Positions 26,271-34,532 of a stretch of 34,532 nucleotides of DNA are shown one piece after another. The notes beneath the pieces were generated by a model. That model was given only the letters and a program-made list of their open reading frames with translations, had not been told where the DNA came from and did not search any database. The DNA comes from Cyclobacteriaceae bacterium. Its GTDB lineage: Bacteria; Bacteroidota; Bacteroidia; Cytophagales; Cyclobacteriaceae. Positions within the stretch are counted from its first letter, which is position 1. The number at the start of each line of letters is the position of its first letter. Location: contig JBNKDZ010000281.1 of assembly GCA_050288525.1 (NCBI GenBank), positions 1 through 34,532 on the forward strand, given 5' to 3'. The translations under genes and the position numbers were made by a program.

Positions 26271-29200
26271 ATGAAACAGATGATACAACATATTGGCGGA
26301 CTGATAATATTGATGGTGACAGTGCAGATATCGTATGCTCAGTGCTCCAGTGAGATCATTTCAGGCCACCAGATACTGACCCCGACCCAGGGATGTGCTC
26401 CTTATGATATTTATATAAAAAATTTGTATACAAACTCTACAGCAGATGCTGTCTATACCGTTGACTGGGGAGACGGAAATGTTGAAACATTAACTGGTGA
26501 CCTTGATCTTACCGACGATATGTTTGACCCGATCTACACTCCGGACTTCATGCATACTTATGAAGCAAACGAAGTTGATTGTGGCTATACCATCATCATA
26601 GAAGCTACCAATCCCTGTACATTACCTGAAGATGCCCGAATCGAGTTGGCGGTGTCTGTATGGGATACCGATCATGAAGGGTTGGCTATTGGTCCGAATG
26701 AGGTACGAGTTTGTCAGGGTTTTGCTGCATCTGTTTCATTTGAGGATGAAAGTGACTGGAATTGTTTTCCCAGAGCTGCCAGGCAGAACGATCCTCCGCG
26801 ATACATTCAATGGGTGTACAACGGAGGGTCAATAGGAGGCATTACCATACCAGGTCTCGGCGCTCCTTCTGTTTCCGGCCCAGTGATACCAGTTATGGCA
26901 ACAGATGAAATGAGTGAAATGATCAATATTCCTGCTATGGATCCGGAAAATCCCGGGAGCCCTTATGCCATTGGAGATGAATTTGTCGTGACATTGAATA
27001 ACTGGAACCAGTGCAATCCTCCTGGCAATGATCCTATTACAACAACTGCCAGGATCGTGGTAGTCGATGCTCCTGATGCTGATTTTCTGCCTCGAAGTGA
27101 AAACGCTTCCAATCCGGTGAAATATGATTTTTGTATTGATGAAATCATCTATTACGACAATGAATCATATGGTTCGGGTGGGGCAAATCTCAATTATGTA
27201 TGGGAATTTTATGATGGACCAACCGACAGTGATCCGCTGCTCAATACCCGAAATGACCGCAACCCGGTATTTTCCTATTCAACAGGCGGCCAAAAACTGG
27301 TACGCCTGTATGTGGGAGATGGAAATGTAATTGGTGATTGCAACTCCATGGTTGAAAAAGTTGTCAATATCACACCTACTTCAATTGCTCAGATTGATGC
27401 CTCAGGAACAAAATTCTGTAAAGCTCCCGGGTCACTGGAAGTAGTTACCGTGTCATTTGAAGATGTGTCTGTAGGTACAACGCTCAACACCGAATGGAAA
27501 TGGGAGTTTTATGATGAAAATGACCATCTGATGCGGACCGAGCCTCCCTCAGGATATGCCAACACCTCCATTGGCCCTTTCACACAGAATTATGTCAATG
27601 ACGGGACCTACAGGGTAAGACTAATCACCCGGGATGCTACAACCGGATGCTTTACAGATGATGAAGTTACGATTGTATTGTACAACAACCCCGAGCCTGA
27701 TTTTATTGTGGGGCCTGTGTGTGAAGGTGTGCCTTCTGAATTGATTGACCAATCTACTTTACAATCTATAAATGGCAGTGTGATCATACGTTGGGAATGG
27801 GATTTCGACTATGATGGTTCAGCATTTGTTGCTGACCAGACATTTGTCAGCTCCAGACCTGATACCTTAACCAATATTTTTGCGAACGGAACACATACAG
27901 TAGCCTTACGCACCACCATCGACCAAAATGGCTGTTCGGCTACTGCAGTAAAAGATATAAGGGTGTATGAAAATCCGGTGGCCTCTTTCACTAAGAATAT
28001 CGGAGAAGGGTGCAGTCCGCTGGATGTTGTGTTTACCAACACCAGTTTGGGAAGCCAGGTGGTAGATATCAGAGAATATGTCTGGAGGATCGATAATGGC
28101 GATGGGTTCGAAAATACAAATGCCTTCGATCCTTCGGATCCTGGTTTTACCCCTGACTATTCCAAAAGCTTTGAAAACTGGAGCAGACAGTCTAAAAGCT
28201 TCCGCATCCAGCTTCAAAGCATCTCTGAAAACGGTTGTTCCACACTCAGCCATATCGATTCGGTTAAAGTTCTGCCTTCTCTGAAATCAGGATTTTATTA
28301 TGTGAACTACAATCCCCTGGCAAGTAATTGTAGTCCGGTAGACATAACCTTCCAGGCAGATCGTATGACGATGGAACTGGAACCTGATTATTATCACTGG
28401 ACGATTACCAAAGACGGTGAAATTGTTGATGAACAACATATATTACCCCCGAATGGTCAACTCAGACATTTATTTACCTCAACAGGAAACGGAATAAATT
28501 CCTATCAAGTGAACCTGTCTGTCGGAGTTGATGATATCTGTATGTCTGACTCGACTGTCGCCGTAAATGTAAATCCGGTACCAACATCCGGTTTTACAAT
28601 TGATACGGTCCTTGTCACCTGTGACTCAATGATCTTTGAAATTACCGCGAATCAACGGGGATTGCTGAATTACGAATGGGTGACGACAGAAGGAGGACTT
28701 ATTTATATGAACAGCGGATTTCAGGATCAATTCATCCATTCAGTAAGGCGACCGGACTTTACTGCAAGCGGCGTGGATCTTTCTGTAGAATTAAAAACAG
28801 CCAATTATGCCAATTGTGAAAGCAATGTATCTGTAAAGGCCATTGTCGTACCACAGAAACCTGCCTTACGTGCCAATTTCATGGCAGATCCCGAGCGGAT
28901 GTTCTATCCGAACACTTCTGTAAGAATTGACAATTTCAGCACAACAACAAACGGAAATTATTTCTGGGATTTAGGGGATGGAAATACTTCTACACAAACA
29001 AATCCCGGAAATTATACCTATTCGGGCTCCGGAGAGTATATGATCAGACTTGAGATTGAAGAGGATCATTGTGTAAGTAAGGACTCGGTGCAGATTGAGA
29101 TACTTCCCACTATGCCGATAGCTGATTTTAACTTCGACCCCGGTTCCGGATGTGCGCCTTTAACGGTTCATTTTACCAACCTTTCAAAGTTTGCCGATCC

Positions 29201-29921
29201 GGAAAAATACCTGTGGAATTTTGGGGGAGGCGAAGGCATATCCACGGCAGAACATCCTACCCATACCTTCCACGAACCGGGATTGTACAGTGTGCGCCTT
29301 GAAGTAGCAAACGAAACAGGCATGATCGATACGGAAGTCAAAAAAATGATCATTGAAGTGTATCCAAGGCCCCATGCAGACTTTCAGATCCGACCATCAA
29401 CCGTTATGCTGCCGGATGATCCGATCTATACCACCAATCTGTCGTATGGTGCAGATTCCTACTATTGGGACTTTGGTGATGGAGGTTATTCGGAAGACTT
29501 TGAACCGGGCCATGTTTATGTCGACACCGGAAAATATGATATTTCCCTGATCGCTGTTACAGACTATGGTTGTAGCGACACTGTGTTATATGAAAATATT
29601 GTTGAGGCAGTGAACGGTGAGAAGATCCGTATCCCGAATGCCTTCTCTCCGAGCCTTGAAGGTCCAGGTGACGGATACAGGTATGGAAACGGCAGAAATG
29701 ATGTTTTCTATCCTGTTACTGAAGGAGTTATTGCCTATAAAATGCAGATCTACAACCGGTGGGGCGAAATGTTGTTTATGACAGAAGACCTGAACAAAGG
29801 ATGGAACGGATACTATAAAGGAAAGGTATGTCCACCCGATGTCTACATATATAAGATTGATTTCAAGTTCATTGATGGACATGAAGAAATGAAGTTTGGT
29901 GATGTAACGCTTATCCGCTAA
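26271..29921 (+). CDS. Large PKD-repeat cell-surface protein with a type-B T9SS C-terminal sorting domain (gliding-motility-associated CTD)
   Basis: Signal peptide ending ISYAQ. About ten W-x-F/W-G-D-G-type repeat signatures spaced about 95-100 aa apart (VDWGDGN, YVWEFYDG, WEWDFDYDG, YFWDLGDGN, YLWNFGGGEG, YYWDFGDGG and others). The C-terminus IPNAFSPS...NDVFYP...IYNRWGEMLF...GWNG...DVYIYKI...GDVTLIR matches the type-B CTD pattern. Confidence 0.9.
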   Translation: MKQMIQHIGGLIILMVTVQISYAQCSSEIISGHQILTPTQGCAPYDIYIKNLYTNSTADAVYTVDWGDGNVETLTGDLDLTDDMFDPIYTPDFMHTYEANEVDCGYTIIIEATNPCTLPEDARIELAVSVWDTDHEGLAIGPNEVRVCQGFAASVSFEDESDWNCFPRAARQNDPPRYIQWVYNGGSIGGITIPGLGAPSVSGPVIPVMATDEMSEMINIPAMDPENPGSPYAIGDEFVVTLNNWNQCNPPGNDPITTTARIVVVDAPDADFLPRSENASNPVKYDFCIDEIIYYDNESYGSGGANLNYVWEFYDGPTDSDPLLNTRNDRNPVFSYSTGGQKLVRLYVGDGNVIGDCNSMVEKVVNITPTSIAQIDASGTKFCKAPGSLEVVTVSFEDVSVGTTLNTEWKWEFYDENDHLMRTEPPSGYANTSIGPFTQNYVNDGTYRVRLITRDATTGCFTDDEVTIVLYNNPEPDFIVGPVCEGVPSELIDQSTLQSINGSVIIRWEWDFDYDGSAFVADQTFVSSRPDTLTNIFANGTHTVALRTTIDQNGCSATAVKDIRVYENPVASFTKNIGEGCSPLDVVFTNTSLGSQVVDIREYVWRIDNGDGFENTNAFDPSDPGFTPDYSKSFENWSRQSKSFRIQLQSISENGCSTLSHIDSVKVLPSLKSGFYYVNYNPLASNCSPVDITFQADRMTMELEPDYYHWTITKDGEIVDEQHILPPNGQLRHLFTSTGNGINSYQVNLSVGVDDICMSDSTVAVNVNPVPTSGFTIDTVLVTCDSMIFEITANQRGLLNYEWVTTEGGLIYMNSGFQDQFIHSVRRPDFTASGVDLSVELKTANYANCESNVSVKAIVVPQKPALRANFMADPERMFYPNTSVRIDNFSTTTNGNYFWDLGDGNTSTQTNPGNYTYSGSGEYMIRLEIEEDHCVSKDSVQIEILPTMPIADFNFDPGSGCAPLTVHFTNLSKFADPEKYLWNFGGGEGISTAEHPTHTFHEPGLYSVRLEVANETGMIDTEVKKMIIEVYPRPHADFQIRPSTVMLPDDPIYTTNLSYGADSYYWDFGDGGYSEDFEPGHVYVDTGKYDISLIAVTDYGCSDTVLYENIVEAVNGEKIRIPNAFSPSLEGPGDGYRYGNGRNDVFYPVTEGVIAYKMQIYNRWGEMLFMTEDLNKGWNGYYKGKVCPPDVYIYKIDFKFIDGHEEMKFGDVTLIR

Positions 29922-30955
29922 TGAAAACTGCTATGTTGAAGAAATTAATATTTATATTGTGGATCGTCTTTTTTACGGGGAGGGCTTTTTCTCAGGATCC
30001 ACAGTTTTCGCAATATTACACCTCCCCATTGTACCTCAACCCGGGATTGGCCGGCTCAGTGAGTGATCCGAGATTCATCCTGAACAGCCGGGTTCAATGG
30101 GCGAAGCTGCCAAATGCTTTCAGTACCTATGCTCTGTCAGGCGATGTACTTGTTGAAGATCTGAGCAGTGGATTCGGATTGCTGATCATGACAGACAAAG
30201 CAGGATCGGCAAATCTTCGCAATACCTCGGTAGGTGGTGTATATGCTGCAAAAATCCGTATTAGTGAGAAATGGGTGTTTTCACCCGGATTGTTATTCGG
30301 ATATGGCTCAAGATCCATTGATTTCGACAGGCTGATCTTTGGTGATCAAATCGTTCACAACGGGCCGTCCATGGATGATGCTATCGGGCAATTGGGTAAT
30401 CAAAGCTATTTTGACTTTGCCTCCGGAATGGTGCTGTATAACAAAACTTTCTGGGCCGGAATTTCAGGATATCATATCAACAATCCGAATTTCTCTCTCG
30501 TAGGCGAAGACAGCCGACTGCCCATGCGCCTGTCAGTACATGCGGGAATGCGAATTCCAATATCGCATGGAGTACTGTCAAAATCCAGGTTGAGCAGTTT
30601 TGCCCCGTCATTTGTCTATAAGACCCAGGGCGATTTTCAACAACTTGATGTGGGTTCAAACATAATCTTTGACCCTATACTCGTCGGATTGTGGTATCGT
30701 GGTTTGCCGATCAAAAAATCTACGGAATCGACCTCCAGTCAGGATGCCATCATCTTCAGTCTGGGGCTTAACCTGAAATATATTGAGGTAGGATACAGTT
30801 ATGACTTTACGATCTCCAATATCGGGCCTCAGTCCGGTGGGTCGCATGAAGTTTCGGTAACACTGATCCTTCCGGGTATAAATCCCTACAAAGTAAAGAA
30901 AAAAGATAAGATCCTCCCATGCCCAAACTATAATGGTTTTAAATGGAACGATTAA
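29921..30955 (+). CDS. PorP/SprF family type IX secretion system membrane protein
   Basis: Signal peptide followed by the hallmark N-terminus QDPQFSQYYTSPLYLNPGLAG. Beta-barrel-like alternating pattern. The ATG overlaps the cargo gene stop (TAATG at 29919-29923). Confidence 0.9.
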   Translation: MKTAMLKKLIFILWIVFFTGRAFSQDPQFSQYYTSPLYLNPGLAGSVSDPRFILNSRVQWAKLPNAFSTYALSGDVLVEDLSSGFGLLIMTDKAGSANLRNTSVGGVYAAKIRISEKWVFSPGLLFGYGSRSIDFDRLIFGDQIVHNGPSMDDAIGQLGNQSYFDFASGMVLYNKTFWAGISGYHINNPNFSLVGEDSRLPMRLSVHAGMRIPISHGVLSKSRLSSFAPSFVYKTQGDFQQLDVGSNIIFDPILVGLWYRGLPIKKSTESTSSQDAIIFSLGLNLKYIEVGYSYDFTISNIGPQSGGSHEVSVTLILPGINPYKVKKKDKILPCPNYNGFKWND

Positions 30956-30981
30956 ACATAGCTATTAAAGAATTAATTAAG

Positions 30982-31011
30982 AGCCTGAACATAAGTATTC
31001 AGGCTTTTTTT
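30982..31011 (+). terminator. Rho-independent terminator
   Basis: 8-bp stem agcctgaa (30982-30989) / ttcaggct (30998-31005), followed by tttttt. Confidence 0.8.
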
Positions 31012-31084
31012 GTAATATGTGGTTTAATTGAGTCCCCTTATCTGTACTTCAGGCTTTAAATCATAAACTCAAAAAAATCGCATT

Positions 31085-32068
31085 ATGAAAATACTATTTA
31101 TCGGAGGATCGGGTAATATTTCATCGGCTTGTACCGAAGAAGCATTACAAAAAGGCCATGAGGTCTTTCACTTCAACCGCGGCAGATCCTACACCATCTT
31201 CGGATCAAAGGTCCAAACCATTATCGGAGATATTAACAGCCCGGTGGATCGGAAAAAAATGGCTGAAGCCGGACCATTTGATGTCGTGGCCAATTTCATT
31301 GCTTTTGTCCCTGGTCAGGTGCAGGCTGACATTGAATTGTTTAAAGGTATTTGTGATCAGTATATTTTCATCAGTTCTGCCACAGTTTATCAAAAACCTC
31401 CGGGTCATTATATCATCCGGGAAGATGATCCTCTTGATAATCCATACTGGCAATACGCCCGTGATAAGATTGCCTGTGAGAAGGTATTAACAACACATGA
31501 TGCATTACCCTATACCATTGTGCGCCCATCCTTTACCTACTGCGGATCCTGGATCCCTGTCGGACTAACGGCAAACAGCTATAGTCCGGTGTACCGTATT
31601 CGTCACGGTAAGGAGGTGATATCCCATGGTGACGGTGAATCGTTATGGGTAAACACCCATGCTTCTGACTTTGCGGCTGCTTTTGTAGGTTTGTTTGGCA
31701 ATGCCAAAGCGATGAACGAAGCTTTCCACATCACCTCGGATGAAGTACTAACCTGGGACGCCATTTACAGGACGATTGGGAAAGTTATCAATTGTGAACC
31801 AAAACTCATCCACATAACATCAGATGTTATCACCAAATATTATCCTGAGTGGGGAGATGGGTTGCTGGGTGACAAATGCCGTTCGGTCGTATTTGATAAC
31901 AGCAAGATTAAATCTGTTGTGCCCGGATGGAGTGCAAAAATATCCTTTGAAGAAGGTGTAAGAAAATCTATCAGTTGGTTTGAAGAAAAAGCAGAACGTA
32001 TGGTTCCGGATCAGGAAACAGAGGATAAGATGGACTTTCTGATTGAATTGCAGAAGAAGATATTGTAG
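31085..32068 (+). CDS. NAD-dependent epimerase/dehydratase family protein (extended SDR)
   Basis: N-terminal Rossmann motif ILFIGGSGNIS, a Y-x-x-x-K candidate YARDK, and a length of 327 aa. Confidence 0.82.
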   Translation: MKILFIGGSGNISSACTEEALQKGHEVFHFNRGRSYTIFGSKVQTIIGDINSPVDRKKMAEAGPFDVVANFIAFVPGQVQADIELFKGICDQYIFISSATVYQKPPGHYIIREDDPLDNPYWQYARDKIACEKVLTTHDALPYTIVRPSFTYCGSWIPVGLTANSYSPVYRIRHGKEVISHGDGESLWVNTHASDFAAAFVGLFGNAKAMNEAFHITSDEVLTWDAIYRTIGKVINCEPKLIHITSDVITKYYPEWGDGLLGDKCRSVVFDNSKIKSVVPGWSAKISFEEGVRKSISWFEEKAERMVPDQETEDKMDFLIELQKKIL

Positions 32069-32136
32069 GAATTGGCAAAGCGCAGAGGGTATGTCTTGTA
32101 TCTTTACATAAAAGCAGTCAATACATAGGTTTAATA

Positions 32137-33231
32137 ATGGTTCATATGGACAATTTAGTTAAGTTAAAAAATCCGAAACTGATCAATGTGGTTTTTTGGG
32201 GAATTCTTATTGCCCTGATATTTTTTACGCTTCAGTATTTTGAAAAGCTGTTCAAGCCCCTGTTTATTGCCTTTTTTCTCTGGTTTCTGATCAACGAGAT
32301 GAAGAGCATGCTTAGCAAAATCAAGATCAGTGGAAAGATGCTGCCACACTATATCCGGATTATTTTAGCATTTCTGATCATATTTTTGTTTTTGGGATTT
32401 CTGTTTGAATTTATTTCCCTTAATGTAAAACAAATAGCTTCCAGTGCTCCTGATTATGAGAGCAAGTTTGATGAATTGCTGAATCAGATAATCGGTCATA
32501 TCAGCAATCCCGAGATCCTGGCGACTCTTGAAAAACTGATCAAGGAAATTAATATAACCGGATTTGCAGGTTCATTTGCTAACTCCCTGACGCTTGTAAT
32601 AGGAGACTCTGTTCTGATACTGATATACCTGGTATTTATGATTCTTGAAGAGACTGTTTTCAGAAAAAAGATCAATAAAATTTTTCCTGTAAAAGATGAA
32701 CAATATCAACGGATCAGTGAAGTAGTGGAAAATATCAGTACATCGGTAAAAAAATATTTTATTTCCAAGACACTCGTAAGTGTGATGCTAGCTGTTTCCT
32801 GCTATATTATCATGCTGTTTTTCGGTCTTGATTTTCCTGTCTTATGGGCATTTCTGATCTTTATTCTTAATTACATACCCTATTTCGGCTCGTTTATTGC
32901 CACCTTGTTACCATCCACCCTGGCCATCTTTCAGTTTGGTAATATCAATTATTTCGTATATGTATTCATTGCGATACAGTCAATGCAAACCATCATGGCC
33001 AACGTTGTTGAACCAAAACTTATGGGTAATACCCTCAATCTAAGTCCGTTGATAGTACTTGTATCTTTGGCTTTATGGGGTTATATGTGGGGCATTGTCG
33101 GGATGATACTGGCTGTTCCGATTACAGCTATTCTCATCATCATACTTTCGCATTTCCCTGTATCGAAAAATATTGCGATTGCCCTGTCTCTAAATGGCAA
33201 TATCGGTGAAGACAAAACAAAAAAGGAATAA
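32137..33231 (+). CDS. AI-2E family transporter (PerM/YhhT-like permease)
   Basis: Polytopic membrane protein with the family block NYIPYFGSFIATLLP and a C-terminal VGMILAVPITAILI. An alternative start is Met4 (32146). Confidence 0.82.
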   Translation: MVHMDNLVKLKNPKLINVVFWGILIALIFFTLQYFEKLFKPLFIAFFLWFLINEMKSMLSKIKISGKMLPHYIRIILAFLIIFLFLGFLFEFISLNVKQIASSAPDYESKFDELLNQIIGHISNPEILATLEKLIKEINITGFAGSFANSLTLVIGDSVLILIYLVFMILEETVFRKKINKIFPVKDEQYQRISEVVENISTSVKKYFISKTLVSVMLAVSCYIIMLFFGLDFPVLWAFLIFILNYIPYFGSFIATLLPSTLAIFQFGNINYFVYVFIAIQSMQTIMANVVEPKLMGNTLNLSPLIVLVSLALWGYMWGIVGMILAVPITAILIIILSHFPVSKNIAIALSLNGNIGEDKTKKE

Positions 33232-33478
33232 AATACACTTGATTCTTTGTGCCCTTTACGAATAGTATGTTAATTAGCCTAAAAATGGTTAACTGCTTAA
33301 TAGTCTAAGAAGATGAGTGGTTACTAATATGCCATAAAACAAACATAAACAATAAGAATAAACCCAAAATCAAAAGTATCATGCCATATAACCAATGGAT
33401 CCAAAAGGCATTTTTACTGGTTCAATATGGAATTTGTGTGACATATGAAAATTTTTCGGAATTCATAAAAGATCACAT

Positions 33479-34532
33479 ATGAAACAGTTAGTATTTACAT
33501 TTGCTTTAATTGCGATTGTATGGAAGGTTTCTGCTCAGTCATGGATTCCGGATACTGAGAATGATCCACCAAAATTATCCGTTCCGGAAATTAAAGGTGC
33601 CATAAACGTTGAATTTCATAATCTCAACAAAGAATTAAATATCTCGATAAGAGAGACAAATAGTATTTGTTCGGATGACTACGGATTTATCTGGGTATCA
33701 TCAAAAATGGGCATCATTCGATATGTTGAAGGAGATGTCCGGATTTATCAACTTCCTTACGATAACGCCAATATTCTTACAGTTCGAATGGTTTTCAAGA
33801 ACGGACATTTATATGCATATAGCGATAGCGGTCAAATTTTTAAATACAATACCTTTCTGGATCGTTTCGAACTGGTATTAAGTACAAGAAAAGAATTGGA
33901 GAACTATAATTTATTGGTAAATAAGCTTCTTATAGACGATTCTGAAAGGATGTGGATCTCCACAAATTTTGGATTGTATTGTTTTAATCCGGAAGAAGGG
34001 CTAAAACAGATCAGTGAAGAGAAAGTATTTTACATTACCTGGTTTGACAAATACAGGTATTTTTACGCAAATGTTGATAAAATCAAGCTGTTTGATATCC
34101 GGGATCAGTCATCTGTTGATTATTATACTTTTTCAGAAGGTACGGATTACAATTTTTCAAAGCTCTATTTTGATGCATTTTCAAATACTCTGTGGATTGG
34201 AACTATTTCTAACGGCTTGTTGTGTATACGACGAGAGAAAGGCCAACATAATCTTTCTGTTGTTTCAAGCATCCCAAATCAACCAATATTAGCCATTGAG
34301 TCTGTGTCAGATCAGACTATATTGATTGGAATTGACGGACAGGGCGTCTGGGAAATAACAAAAGACGATGGTTCCGTTTTAAATATTTTCAAAGACAATC
34401 CTGACAACATTAATTCACTAAAAGGCAACGGCGTTTATGATATTTATTGTGATAATAACAATCGTGTATGGATAAGCACCTATAGTGGAGGAGTCTCCTA
34501 TTTCCGTAAGGATAATTCTTATTTTACTCACA
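33479..34532 (+). CDS. Two-component regulator propeller-domain sensor protein, N-terminal part (runs off the window)
   Basis: This ORF is not in the supplied track because it has no stop. ATG at 33479, and I read the frame as open to the window end. Signal peptide MKQLVFTFALIAIVWKVSAQ. Repeated propeller-type segments: FIWVSSKMGIIRY, RMWISTNFGLYCF, TLWIGTISNGLLC, RVWISTYSGGVSYF. Confidence 0.8.
   Translation, partial: MKQLVFTFALIAIVWKVSAQSWIPDTENDPPKLSVPEIKGAINVEFHNLNKELNISIRETNSICSDDYGFIWVSSKMGIIRYVEGDVRIYQLPYDNANILTVRMVFKNGHLYAYSDSGQIFKYNTFLDRFELVLSTRKELENYNLLVNKLLIDDSERMWISTNFGLYCFNPEEGLKQISEEKVFYITWFDKYRYFYANVDKIKLFDIRDQSSVDYYTFSEGTDYNFSKLYFDAFSNTLWIGTISNGLLCIRREKGQHNLSVVSSIPNQPILAIESVSDQTILIGIDGQGVWEITKDDGSVLNIFKDNPDNINSLKGNGVYDIYCDNNNRVWISTYSGGVSYFRKDNSYFTH

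Noticed and set aside
26632-29882. Short ORFs on both strands inside the PKD cargo gene
   Set aside because: They are nested within a long repeat-supported CDS. They lack features and are consistent with shadow frames.
111-32095. Shared GC-rich short words in intergenic DNA (ggcaaag / gcttag / cacagag at 111-145, 6561-6585, 21148-21170 and 32068-32090, and ttctgaa near several of them)
   Set aside because: The individual words are only 6-7 nt long and are expected several times by chance in this much sequence. The loci do not align as one element. Calling this a dispersed repeat family would need a genome-wide count.
1-34532. Search for CRISPR arrays, tRNA/rRNA genes, IS elements, integrases, phage genes, toxin-antitoxin pairs or known defence-system hallmarks
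   Set aside because: None is visible. There are no regularly spaced repeats longer than the short ones listed, no tRNA-like GC-rich cloverleaf segments in the gaps, and no transposase, integrase, nuclease or ATPase defence signatures among the ORFs.

Overview
A 34.5 kb chromosomal segment that looks Bacteroidota-derived. The evidence is a PorP/SprF gene, a type-B T9SS C-terminal domain, a BatD-like protein, a two-component propeller sensor and lipoprotein-type signal peptides. I support 24 protein-coding genes, two of them truncated by the window edges. I found no rRNA, tRNA, CRISPR array, transposase or integrase by eye. All family calls rest on motifs read from the supplied translations; no similarity search was run.

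Gene content:
- Housekeeping: aroC, ruvB, queG, apbE, an Nfu/NifU protein, a DAACS symporter, a ZIP transporter, a Gfo/Idh/MocA oxidoreductase, an SDR epimerase-like protein and an AI-2E transporter.
- Accessory: a beta-lactamase-fold lipoprotein, two adjacent multi-domain sensor kinases, two AT-rich orphan genes, and a roughly 10-repeat PKD T9SS cargo protein coupled to its own PorP/SprF gene.

The most unusual element is a two-gene minus-strand module at 2251-6439. It pairs a GalU-like nucleotidyltransferase whose G-x-G-T-R loop is substituted with an 1108-aa protein that fuses a fucokinase-like GHMP module to a UDPGP-type pyrophosphorylase module. This module lies directly downstream of the sensor-kinase pair, behind a perfect 12-nt direct repeat.

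I see no hallmark of a defence system or mobile island. Four unusually long non-coding gaps (111-544, 15583-16100, 20975-21189, 25770-26270) carry hairpins or short repeats that the annotated genes do not explain. These gaps are candidate sRNA or regulatory loci.
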